Below are positions 27,054 to 35,442 of a stretch of DNA of 35,442 bases, piece after piece (position 1 is the stretch's first letter; each line of letters opens with the position of its first letter). The notes under the pieces are model-generated. The model was given only the letters and a program-made list of their open reading frames with translations. It searched no databases and was not told the DNA's origin. The stretch is from the sequence record DRR378314_1125, one strand, 5' to 3'. Position numbers and translations under genes: made by a program.

Positions 27054-30000
27054 TCAGAAGTCCCGGGTATAAAAGATATCCAGGGAGGCTGCCAGGCCAC
27101 TGGCGGCCTCCACATAGAAATACCGGCCAATGTCATAGCGCAGCGCCACCGTAGTGATGGGCTGGAAGATTCCCACCCCATAGCGAACGCTCAGTTCGTC
27201 CGTCAGATAGCCGCTTGCCACCACGGCCGACTCATCGCCGGAACCCTCCGCCTCCAACATCAGATTGCGTATGCCGAACTCCTCACCAATGCCCTGGGTG
27301 ACCTTGTTGGCCTGTGTGAGGCCCAGAGAGATGGCCGCCCTGCTCATCTGCCCTTCATCACCACGGCTTTGCGGGGCCCTGCCAAGAATCACGTACGAGA
27401 GCGCATCGGTCTGAGGCATTTCAGGTTCTGAGAAGACCTCTGTCTGGGGTGAACTCACCGGGCCACTGAACCGAATACCAGCGACCACGTTGTCCACACG
27501 CCGTACCGCCTCAATGTCCAGGTAGGGCTCCGCCAGAGGTCCTACAAACACGATCCTTGCGCGGCGCAAATCGAGTTCCTGCCCATAGGCCTCGTAGCGG
27601 CCCTCAACCAATTGCAGGGCACCCCGCGTATCCATGTTCTTGCCGATACGCAGCGTCCCTTCGAGATTCCCGGTAACGCCGAAACCGCTGAAGCTGACCT
27701 CATCCTCGCCCACCACGACGGTAACGTCCATATTGAGCGAACGGAGCCCGCCTTCCTGTTCCTCCGCACCAACAATCACTTCGTCCTCTGACACGGAAAC
27801 CGCCTGCGTGGGCAGCTCACGGATTTCGATCGTCCCCCGGGGCACGTTCAGATTGCCGGAAACCGTCAGGTCTCCACCCTGGTAGGCAATGGTGAGATCG
27901 GGCACCAGTTCAACCTGGGCGTACGGTTCGTAACTGAAGGGCAAGCGGTCACCGGTCAACCGAATCTCCACCGATGGCTCGGACTCCCACGCCAACGTTC
28001 CCTCAATACTACCGCTTCCACGTTCATTGCTGCGCCAGCGCCCGGACAGGTCAGCGCTGTATCCTTTCAGCGCCAGGCTTATCACCATATCCTCAAGCGG
28101 GATGGGTAGCCGGGGATCGGCAATGTGGCCTCCGGAGAGCGCGAGCTCGCCATTCACTGCAGGCTTCATGAGAGGGCCAGACAGGGTTCCCTCGCCATTC
28201 AGCTCGCCTTCCACCACCTCCAGCCCGGCGAATATACCGGCCATGGCGATATCCAGGCCTTGAATACGGAACTGCCCGTCAACGTCCCGGGCCTCGCTGT
28301 TCGGGTCCACCGACATATCCACCGAGAGATCACCAATGTCAGGCCCTTGCAACTGCAGGTTCAGCTCTGCCGTTTCGGGTCGCAGACTCAGGCGAGTGGT
28401 AAAGGTGCTGTAACTCAAGCTCTCCCACGTGTCCCTGACCAGCACCTCAAACTGGCCGGAGCCAGCATCAACGGATACTTCGCCATCAGGGCCGCTTTCG
28501 GTCATCACCACTTGTAGGTCAGCGTTCAACGTTGCATTCCACCGAAGGGCTTCCGGCAATAAGGGAGACAGAGCTCTGGTCGGGAAATTTTCGATGCGGT
28601 AGGCGATGTCCTGTGTTGGCAGAAGGGTCTGATCCTCGGCACAGACCGATGCCTGCTGCCAGCGCCAGCAGTGATGTTCCAACGTTAGCTTTCCGGCCTC
28701 GGTGTACTCAATGGCGGCGGGCTGTGACAGCGTCCATTGCTGACTCTGGGCAGGCACACTGATCTGTCCCTGTTCGAGTGTGCCGACCCAGGCATCCCAG
28801 TCTTTCGAGGCGTCTCCTGTCAGCCTCAGCGCCAGCCCCACCTTCTCATGGTTTGCATTGAGACTGAGCTGGTGATCGTCCTGTGTTCCCGTCAGCGCGA
28901 GCGACAGTTCTTCCAGAGCCTGTTCACCATAGCGTGCGTCGGTTCCCTGTAGATCAGCCTGGATATTGAATCCCTCACGCAACGTGGCTGTCAGTTTCAG
29001 GCTCGTCAGGCTCAATTCGTCCTGCCACGCCAGATCCTTGCCGGTAATCGATAACTCGCCCCGGGGCTGATCCACCGTACCGGACACCGAAGCGGTACCA
29101 TTGACGGAACCCGCCAGTCCCGGCAGGAGCATTTCCGGTGCCGGCAGTGCCAGTTCCAGGTTGCCGTCGAGGTCCTGCCCCCACCGGCCCTGACCGGTTA
29201 CCCGGTTATCCCCGACTTCGAGCTCCAGATCGGACAGCGTCCAGGTACCGGTATCACTATCGAGCGCCCCCCTTAGCTGGGCATCGTTGGCCCGCCAGCT
29301 CCCGGCAAGGTCCCATTGTGCCTGAAGGGTTGGAGTGCCCTGTTCCTGCAAACGCCCGGTGGTATCCACGTCACCACTGAGGCTCCCCTCCAGAGCCGGT
29401 ATCCAGTAACCCGGGTTGAAACTGTCCAGCTCCAGGCTGGCATCCCAGGACAACTGATCAGCGAAGGCCACGTCCGCTCGGCCGCCAAGGAAGCCCGCGC
29501 CGGTGTTGACCCTCAGGCTGGTCAGCGCGACGGACTCCAGGTCACCCGCCAGCTCTCCCGACAGATCGGCTTCCCCCATGGGACCGCTGACGCTGGCATC
29601 CACACTCGCCTGGTAGGCGCCGGCCTGATAGCGAACATCGCCATTGAGTTGTCGCAACGTGACCGGCGGCTGCTCAAAATCCGGAATCAGGCTGTACCAG
29701 GGAAAGGCATCAAGGCTGACCTTGGCATCCACCTCAAGGGCTTCCGCCCAGCTGACGTTGCCGAGAACCGAGAGCCGACCCGTCTCCGCCTCTGCGGAAC
29801 CGGGCCCCGTCAACGTAAGCTCCAGCCCGTCGACGCCTCCGGTTGTCACCAACCCCTTCAGTGACACTGGGATATCGCCCGTGGATCCGGGCAACACCGT
29901 GCGGGAATTCGAGCGGAAGCCACTCTCCAGACTGCCCTTGAGGGCAACCACGGTGTTTGTCAGCACCAGGGTTTCTGGCAGCCCCTCGGCCGGGACGAAA

Positions 30001-30797
30001 CGGCTGGAACGGACGGTCAGTTCTGCCGGCAGGGCGCTCGCCAGCGGCGATACCCGGCCAGCCAGCGTGGCACCAAGATAACCATTGCTTTCGCCTCTGA
30101 CTCTCAGGTCCTCAGCGCTTCCCGTCAGGTTAAGCGCCAGTTGCCAGTCTTCGCCATACGGGGGTGGCAACCTCAGGGCAACGTCCAGGTCCACTGGCCA
30201 GTCTCCACGGGTCTGGACCCGGCCGGAAAGATCAACACTGATGTCATCCCGAACCAAGGCAAGGCTCTGAAGGTGCCAATCCGAGCCTGACCCCTGAGCC
30301 TTCAGTTGAAGACGATCCCAAACCTTGGCGTTGTTGACCGTAAACGGACCAAGATTCACGTTCCGGACCACCAACCCCAATGGGAGATCGACACCAGGAA
30401 GGCTGATATCGCCGGTGTCCTCTTTCGATTCTCCGGACGGCTGAAGTGTCAGGTCAATTCGATCCGCCAGAAGCCGCTCAAGGCAGAGCTGCTTGCTGAA
30501 CAGGCAGGTGGGCGACCAGTCAATGGTCGGTGACTGTATCTGTAACCCAACGCCGTAGCCCTGCCATGCCAGAGAGGTCGCTTGCCATTCACCGAGCAAT
30601 GAACCCTGCCCCTGCTCAACCTCAAGGCCGGGAACCTGGTCGATCACCCAGGCGGTACCGGTTTCGGAGCGCAGCGCCAGCACCAACAAGCCCAGCGCCA
30701 GCAGTGGCAGCAATACGATAACAGCCAGCGCCACCAGCACCCCCTTTTTCAAGCGCTTTGGCCGTTTCGGTGCAGGCGTTTCGGCTTCGTCGGTCAT
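27054..30797 (-). CDS. tamB: Translocation and assembly module TamB
   Basis: N-terminal anchor, long beta-rich body, C-terminal GRYEAYGQ...PYLDIEA...GYLTDELSVRYGVG. Start at ATG 30797 (ATGA overlap with tamA). Confidence 0.93.
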   Translation of the reverse strand: MTDEAETPAPKRPKRLKKGVLVALAVIVLLPLLALGLLVLALRSETGTAWVIDQVPGLEVEQGQGSLLGEWQATSLAWQGYGVGLQIQSPTIDWSPTCLFSKQLCLERLLADRIDLTLQPSGESKEDTGDISLPGVDLPLGLVVRNVNLGPFTVNNAKVWDRLQLKAQGSGSDWHLQSLALVRDDISVDLSGRVQTRGDWPVDLDVALRLPPPYGEDWQLALNLTGSAEDLRVRGESNGYLGATLAGRVSPLASALPAELTVRSSRFVPAEGLPETLVLTNTVVALKGSLESGFRSNSRTVLPGSTGDIPVSLKGLVTTGGVDGLELTLTGPGSAEAETGRLSVLGNVSWAEALEVDAKVSLDAFPWYSLIPDFEQPPVTLRQLNGDVRYQAGAYQASVDASVSGPMGEADLSGELAGDLESVALTSLRVNTGAGFLGGRADVAFADQLSWDASLELDSFNPGYWIPALEGSLSGDVDTTGRLQEQGTPTLQAQWDLAGSWRANDAQLRGALDSDTGTWTLSDLELEVGDNRVTGQGRWGQDLDGNLELALPAPEMLLPGLAGSVNGTASVSGTVDQPRGELSITGKDLAWQDELSLTSLKLTATLREGFNIQADLQGTDARYGEQALEELSLALTGTQDDHQLSLNANHEKVGLALRLTGDASKDWDAWVGTLEQGQISVPAQSQQWTLSQPAAIEYTEAGKLTLEHHCWRWQQASVCAEDQTLLPTQDIAYRIENFPTRALSPLLPEALRWNATLNADLQVVMTESGPDGEVSVDAGSGQFEVLVRDTWESLSYSTFTTRLSLRPETAELNLQLQGPDIGDLSVDMSVDPNSEARDVDGQFRIQGLDIAMAGIFAGLEVVEGELNGEGTLSGPLMKPAVNGELALSGGHIADPRLPIPLEDMVISLALKGYSADLSGRWRSNERGSGSIEGTLAWESEPSVEIRLTGDRLPFSYEPYAQVELVPDLTIAYQGGDLTVSGNLNVPRGTIEIRELPTQAVSVSEDEVIVGAEEQEGGLRSLNMDVTVVVGEDEVSFSGFGVTGNLEGTLRIGKNMDTRGALQLVEGRYEAYGQELDLRRARIVFVGPLAEPYLDIEAVRRVDNVVAGIRFSGPVSSPQTEVFSEPEMPQTDALSYVILGRAPQSRGDEGQMSRAAISLGLTQANKVTQGIGEEFGIRNLMLEAEGSGDESAVVASGYLTDELSVRYGVGIFQPITTVALRYDIGRYFYVEAASGLAASLDIFYTRDF

Positions 30798-32557
30798 AGC
30801 TCCGGCCCCATGGAAAAGTGGATGCGCCATTCGCCGCCAAACTCGGGGTCCAGCCCCTTGGCAACATCCAGGCGTAGCGAACCGACCGGGCTGATCCAGC
30901 GAATACCCACGCCCACGCCCGTCGCCAGAGGATCCGACAGATCATCCATGGCGTTACCTTCGTCAACAAACGTCGCTACCCGCCAGTTTTCGGCAAATTG
31001 GTACTGGTATTCAAGACTGCCCGCCATCAGATAACGACCACCAATGGCCACATCCTCGCTGTTCCGGGGTGACAATGTCTCATAGCCATACCCCCGCACC
31101 GACTGATCGCCACCAGCAAAGAACCGCAGTGATGGCGGCACATCCGAGAAGCGGTTGGTGGCCACACCACCGAACTGGAAGCGGGACAGAAAGCGGTGAT
31201 TGTCCGCCAGGGTGTAGAGTCCTTTTAACAGGACATTGGCGTGAAGAATATCGACGTCGGAAAGGACCGCACGGTGGGAGCCGGTCACATCAAACTGGAT
31301 GCGGTAGCCCCTGGACGGGTCCAGGGGCGAATCCACGCGTAACTTTGAGTACCCCAACCCTGGCAAAAGCAGAGTGCTTTTCTCGGGGTCGTCGTCGCCA
31401 ATGCGGAAACGCTCACCTTCCCAACGAATTGAAGCCACCTGCAGCCAGCCGTTATCAAGCTGGTGCTTCCACTGCTGCCCCAGGGTGAGCAATTCAGACT
31501 CCACGTCCTCTATATCCTCCCGCTGGTACCCGGCGGAAAGGCGAATGGAGTCTGTCATGGGCGGATCAAGTGGCAGTTCGTACCAGGTGCCCACATTCTG
31601 CCGCGGTGCCGAGAGTTCCGTCTGAACGCCCCGGCGATGGCCCATCGGGTTGACCCAATGCTCCTGCCAGTTCCCGCTGAAGCGCGGCCCCACGTCGGTG
31701 GAGAAGCCGACACCCGCTGCGACGGACCGTGGCGGCCGCGTGGTCAGATCCACCGTGACCGGTATTACGCCATCCTCGGCCTCACCAGGAGCGGCATCAA
31801 TGTCCACACCCGAGAAGTACCCACTGTTGGAAAGATCGTTGCTCAGCTTGGCGACTTTGTCGGCATGGTAAATCTCTCCGGGCTCAAAGCGTACGAACTG
31901 CTCAAGCAGTTGCTCCTCGAATCCATGGCCTTCCTTGAAACTGACCTTCCCCAGACGATATCGACTGCCACTTTTGAATGTCAGGGAGATGTCTGCTGTA
32001 CGCTGTTCCGGGTTGACTTCCAGCCGGCGAGTGGTGAACTCACCGTCAAAATATCCCAGCCGGGTGGCTCGGTTCTGGATGGTCTGCCGCAAGGTGCTGT
32101 ACTGACCATGGTCCAACACATCCCCCTCTGCCGGCTTTTCTGGCAGGGTTCCGACGAACTCGGAATCCTCGTTGGCCGGGCCTTCAATGGATACCTGGCG
32201 AGAACGAACGCGAACTGGCTCTCCGGGCATGACCGTTAATATCAGGCGAGCGGGGGCCGCATCGTCACCGGTTTCCTCCACCACTTCCCATTGGATGACC
32301 GGGCTGTAGTAGCCCAGCGCACGCAGTGCCTCCTCTACCTGAGCCTCGGCAGTGCTGGCGTAGCGCCTCAGGCTACCAGCACTGCGATCTTCCACGTCAC
32401 CCAGGAACGCTTCGGCGTTTTTCTGCAACTGCGGATAGTCGCCCTCCACGTTCACTTCCACCTGCTGTGCCCTTGCCATTCCTGGCATTGCCAACATCAC
32501 CAGGCAGACAAGCACGAGCGTGCGAAAAAGAAGGAATCTAATGTGGGAACACATCAA
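30794..32557 (-). CDS. tamA: Omp85-family translocation and assembly module TamA
   Basis: Signal peptide, POTRA (ALRALGYY), RFFAGGDQSVRGY, terminal HFSMGPEL. Start uncertain by a few codons. Confidence 0.93.
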   Translation of the reverse strand: MMCSHIRFLLFRTLVLVCLVMLAMPGMARAQQVEVNVEGDYPQLQKNAEAFLGDVEDRSAGSLRRYASTAEAQVEEALRALGYYSPVIQWEVVEETGDDAAPARLILTVMPGEPVRVRSRQVSIEGPANEDSEFVGTLPEKPAEGDVLDHGQYSTLRQTIQNRATRLGYFDGEFTTRRLEVNPEQRTADISLTFKSGSRYRLGKVSFKEGHGFEEQLLEQFVRFEPGEIYHADKVAKLSNDLSNSGYFSGVDIDAAPGEAEDGVIPVTVDLTTRPPRSVAAGVGFSTDVGPRFSGNWQEHWVNPMGHRRGVQTELSAPRQNVGTWYELPLDPPMTDSIRLSAGYQREDIEDVESELLTLGQQWKHQLDNGWLQVASIRWEGERFRIGDDDPEKSTLLLPGLGYSKLRVDSPLDPSRGYRIQFDVTGSHRAVLSDVDILHANVLLKGLYTLADNHRFLSRFQFGGVATNRFSDVPPSLRFFAGGDQSVRGYGYETLSPRNSEDVAIGGRYLMAGSLEYQYQFAENWRVATFVDEGNAMDDLSDPLATGVGVGIRWISPVGSLRLDVAKGLDPEFGGEWRIHFSMGPEL

Positions 32558-32775
32558 GCAGCGTTACTTCAGTGAAAGTGAGTGAAAAGGCGCGTTGACA
32601 GTGGGAGTGTAACGGGTAGCCATCCGTTTAATCCATGGTAATTGACCAACTTGCCTGTCTGTAATGCGCTCTATGCCAATGGCGCGCCTACCCGATACCC
32701 CCATGATCGATGGATCCCCCTTTCCTCGGCTCGCCAGACAACCGGAAACGGGCGACACCAATCAGGAGACAACGT

Positions 32776-34080
32776 ATGACACGCACCCCCGTCGGGCTCG
32801 CCCTGTCCATGATGAACAGGCTTGCAGCCAATCCCCTGCTGGACAGGCTGGGCCTTCGCCATCCTTTGGAGAGGACCGCCTATCACAGCACCCGGGCCGG
32901 GTTTCGTACGCTCGCCTACGCAGGTCGGGAATTCAAACGGGTAAGCAACTGGCTACCCCGCAAGCGATTGCCATCGCGCCCGCACTCGGAACAGTTTGAT
33001 CTTTCCCTGACGGACGACCAGCAAATGATCACCGACATGCTACGCCGACTGGCACAGGATCGGATCAGACCGGCCGCGCCCCAGGCTGATGAAAACGGGG
33101 CGGTGCCCGACAGCGTCAGCACAGCAGCATCGGAGCTCGGGCTTGGCTTGTACGCCGTGCCGGAAGCGTTCGGCGGTGTTGCGGAATACCAGTCGCCGGT
33201 GACCAGCGTGCTGATCGCAGAGCAACTGGCTTGGGGCGATATGGGCATCGCCACCGCTCTACTGGCACCTTTCAGCGTCGCCCAGGCCCTCTCTCGCTGG
33301 GGCACCGGAGAACAACAAAGCCGATATCTGCCGGCCTTCTGCGAAGACAGCGCTCCCGTCGCCACCATTGCCATCGACGAACCGCGGCCATTGTTCGACC
33401 CGACCACGCTTCAGACCTCCGCCAACGAAACCGGCTCCGGTTACACGCTGAACGGCCTGAAGAGCAGTGTGGTCCTGGGCGCCAGCGCCGATCTACTGTT
33501 GATCGCCGCCCAGCTTCATGGTCGGCCACGCCTGTTTATTGTGGAAGCAGGTACGCCAGGCATCCAGATCAAACCCGACCCGGGCATGGGGCTGAGAGCA
33601 TCCGCACCGGTCCAACTGCGGCTCGAGAACGTCGAACTGTTACCCGACGCCCTGCTGGGCGATGACGATTTCGACTATCAGGCTTTTCTGGATTGTGGTT
33701 CGTTACTGCGCTGCGGCCTTGCCATTGGCGCTTCACAGGCGGTGCTGGACTACGTGTTGCCCTACTGCAACGACCGAGAGGCGTTCGGAGAACCCATCAG
33801 CCACCGACAGTCTGTCGCTTTCATGATCAGCGACCTCGCCATCGAAACCGACAGCATGCGAATGCTCACCTGGCGGGCCGCCAGTAGACTGGAACAGGGC
33901 TTGCCCGCTCACCGCGAAACGGCCCTCGCACGCCTGCTGTGCGGTGAAAAAGCGATGGACATCGGCACCAACGGCGTTCAATTACTGGGTGGCCACGGCT
34001 TCGTCAAGGAACACCCGGTCGAGCGCTGGTACCGCGACCTGCGCTCCATTGCCACCCAGACCGGCGGCCTGCACGCCTGA
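32776..34080 (+). CDS. Acyl-CoA dehydrogenase-family protein, FadE24-like (probably non-catalytic subunit)
   Basis: FDLSLTDDQ, GDMG, REAFGEPISHRQSVAF, QLLGGHGFVKEHPVERWYRD; lacks the IxEGT Glu; AGGAG RBS before ATG 32776. Confidence 0.85.
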   Translation: MTRTPVGLALSMMNRLAANPLLDRLGLRHPLERTAYHSTRAGFRTLAYAGREFKRVSNWLPRKRLPSRPHSEQFDLSLTDDQQMITDMLRRLAQDRIRPAAPQADENGAVPDSVSTAASELGLGLYAVPEAFGGVAEYQSPVTSVLIAEQLAWGDMGIATALLAPFSVAQALSRWGTGEQQSRYLPAFCEDSAPVATIAIDEPRPLFDPTTLQTSANETGSGYTLNGLKSSVVLGASADLLLIAAQLHGRPRLFIVEAGTPGIQIKPDPGMGLRASAPVQLRLENVELLPDALLGDDDFDYQAFLDCGSLLRCGLAIGASQAVLDYVLPYCNDREAFGEPISHRQSVAFMISDLAIETDSMRMLTWRAASRLEQGLPAHRETALARLLCGEKAMDIGTNGVQLLGGHGFVKEHPVERWYRDLRSIATQTGGLHA

Positions 34081-34099
34081 TCAACGTAAGGACAGCCCA

Positions 34100-35308
34100 A
34101 TGAACCTTGAAATACCCAGAAAATTCGCACCCCTGATCGACCAGGCTCAGCAAGTCGCCCGCGAAGTCTTTCGCCCGATCTCACGCAAGTACGACCTGGC
34201 GGAACACGACTACCCCAAAGAACTCGACATGTTTGCCTCTATCATGGACGGCATGAACGACGGTGCGGCCGACGGCGGCACCGGCGCCGGAAAACTGGCC
34301 CGCTCCGACAGCAACGGCGGCCACGGCAACCGCAACGGCACCAACATGAAAACCGTCCTGGGGCTGACCGAACTCTGCTGGGGAGACGTCGGCCTGGCCC
34401 TGTCTATCCCTCGCCAGGGCCTGGGTAACTCCGCCATCGCCGCCGTTGCCAACGACGAGCAACTGGCCCGCCTGGGCAACACCTGGGCCGCCATGGCCAT
34501 CACCGAACCCGGCGCCGGCTCTGACTCCGCCGCCATCCGCACCACCGCCACCGAAGACGGCGACCACTACGTTATCAACGGCGAAAAAATCTACGTCACC
34601 GCCGGCGAACGCGCCGACGCCGTCGTGGTCTGGGCCACCCTCGACCGCAACAAAGGCCGCGCCGCCATCAAATCCTTCGTAGTGGAAAAAGGCACCCCCG
34701 GCATGACCGTCGAACGCCTCGAGAAAAAACTCGGCATCAAAGCCTCCGACACCGCCGCCATCCGCTTCGACAACTGCCGCGTTCCCAAGGAAAACCTCCT
34801 GGGCGACCCCGACGTCAGCGTCGAAAAAGGATTCGCCGGCGCCATGCAGACCTTCGACAACACCCGCCCCGTCGTCGCCGGCATGGCCATCGGCGTCGCC
34901 AGCGCCGCCCTGAGCAAAACCCGAGAACTCATCGCCCTCACCGGCATCGACCTCGGCTACCAGCAACAAACCTGGACCCAACCCGCCGTCACCCGGGAAC
35001 TGCACCTGATGGAAGCCGAACTCGAAGCCGCCCGACTACTCACCCTCCGCGCCGCCTGGATGGCCGACAACGGACTGCCCAACTCCAAGGAAGCCTCCAT
35101 CGCCAAAGCCAAAGCCGGCCGCGTGGGCAACATGATCACCCTGCGCTGCGTCGAACTCTGCGGCAGCTTGGGCTACGGCGAAACCGAACTGCTGGAAAAA
35201 TGGGCCAGGGACTCCAAAATCCTCGACATCTTCGAAGGCACCCAACAGATCCAGCTGCTGATCATCGCCAGGAGATTACTCGGTAAGTCGTCGGCGGAGC
35301 TGAAATAA
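34100..35308 (+). CDS. Acyl-CoA dehydrogenase, FadE23-like (catalytic subunit)
   Basis: AMAITEPGAGSD, NGEKIYVT, KLGIKASDTA, DIFEGTQQIQ (catalytic Glu); AAGGA RBS before ATG 34100. Confidence 0.9.
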   Translation: MNLEIPRKFAPLIDQAQQVAREVFRPISRKYDLAEHDYPKELDMFASIMDGMNDGAADGGTGAGKLARSDSNGGHGNRNGTNMKTVLGLTELCWGDVGLALSIPRQGLGNSAIAAVANDEQLARLGNTWAAMAITEPGAGSDSAAIRTTATEDGDHYVINGEKIYVTAGERADAVVVWATLDRNKGRAAIKSFVVEKGTPGMTVERLEKKLGIKASDTAAIRFDNCRVPKENLLGDPDVSVEKGFAGAMQTFDNTRPVVAGMAIGVASAALSKTRELIALTGIDLGYQQQTWTQPAVTRELHLMEAELEAARLLTLRAAWMADNGLPNSKEASIAKAKAGRVGNMITLRCVELCGSLGYGETELLEKWARDSKILDIFEGTQQIQLLIIARRLLGKSSAELK

Positions 35309-35398
35309 GCTAACCTGTGTGAAAGCGTTGAAAATCAGGCAGGTGCAACAAGTCTGCGCGACCAGACGGCGACCAGCACAGAGCCTGACGCAAGTTCC

Positions 35399-35442
35399 GG
35401 GTGGAGCCTCCCCAGACCGTGCATTGCCAAGGATGGCAATGC
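35399..35442. repeat. Partial REP/MITE-like palindromic repeat (left half, truncated by window end)
   Basis: GGGTGGAGCCTCCCCAGACCGT then perfect hairpin GCATTGCCA-AGGA-TGGCAATGC (35421-35442); shares a CAWGGATG core with the hairpin at 3-14. Confidence 0.6.

Noticed and set aside
33944..34099. Apparent overlap or frameshift fusion of the two acyl-CoA dehydrogenases
   Set aside because: The second gene has its own RBS and ATG at 34100; no slippery site seen.
34181..35005. 274-aa minus-strand ORF and other overlapping ORFs within the second dehydrogenase
   Set aside because: By-product of the extreme wobble skew, which removes antisense stop codons.

Overview
Core-genome segment of a marine gammaproteobacterium. 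Gene order and protein style resemble Marinobacter/Pseudomonas; this is an inference, as no marker gene is present. Positions ~96-20564 (minus strand) hold a polar-flagellum cluster, in transcription order: fliT-like, fleQ, fleS-fleR, fliEFGHIJ, an hsbA-hsbR-hptB partner-switching module, fliK, fliLMNOPQR, flhB. Four sigma54 promoters and FleQ-box-like sites are visible there. Next come a DUF1329 gene with a PsrA-like operator, two conserved hypotheticals, lexA-sulA with an SOS box, an amidoligase + class I glutamine amidotransferase pair divergent from lexA, a hidden 66-aa ORF, a SIMPL protein, tamA-tamB, and a FadE24/FadE23-like acyl-CoA dehydrogenase pair. Both window edges fall inside what look like halves of the same palindromic repeat family. 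The gene beside the right edge (and more weakly flhB at the left edge) shows a strong strand-specific wobble-position skew. No RNA genes, CRISPR arrays, transposases or phage genes were seen. All family assignments come from motif recognition, not database searches.
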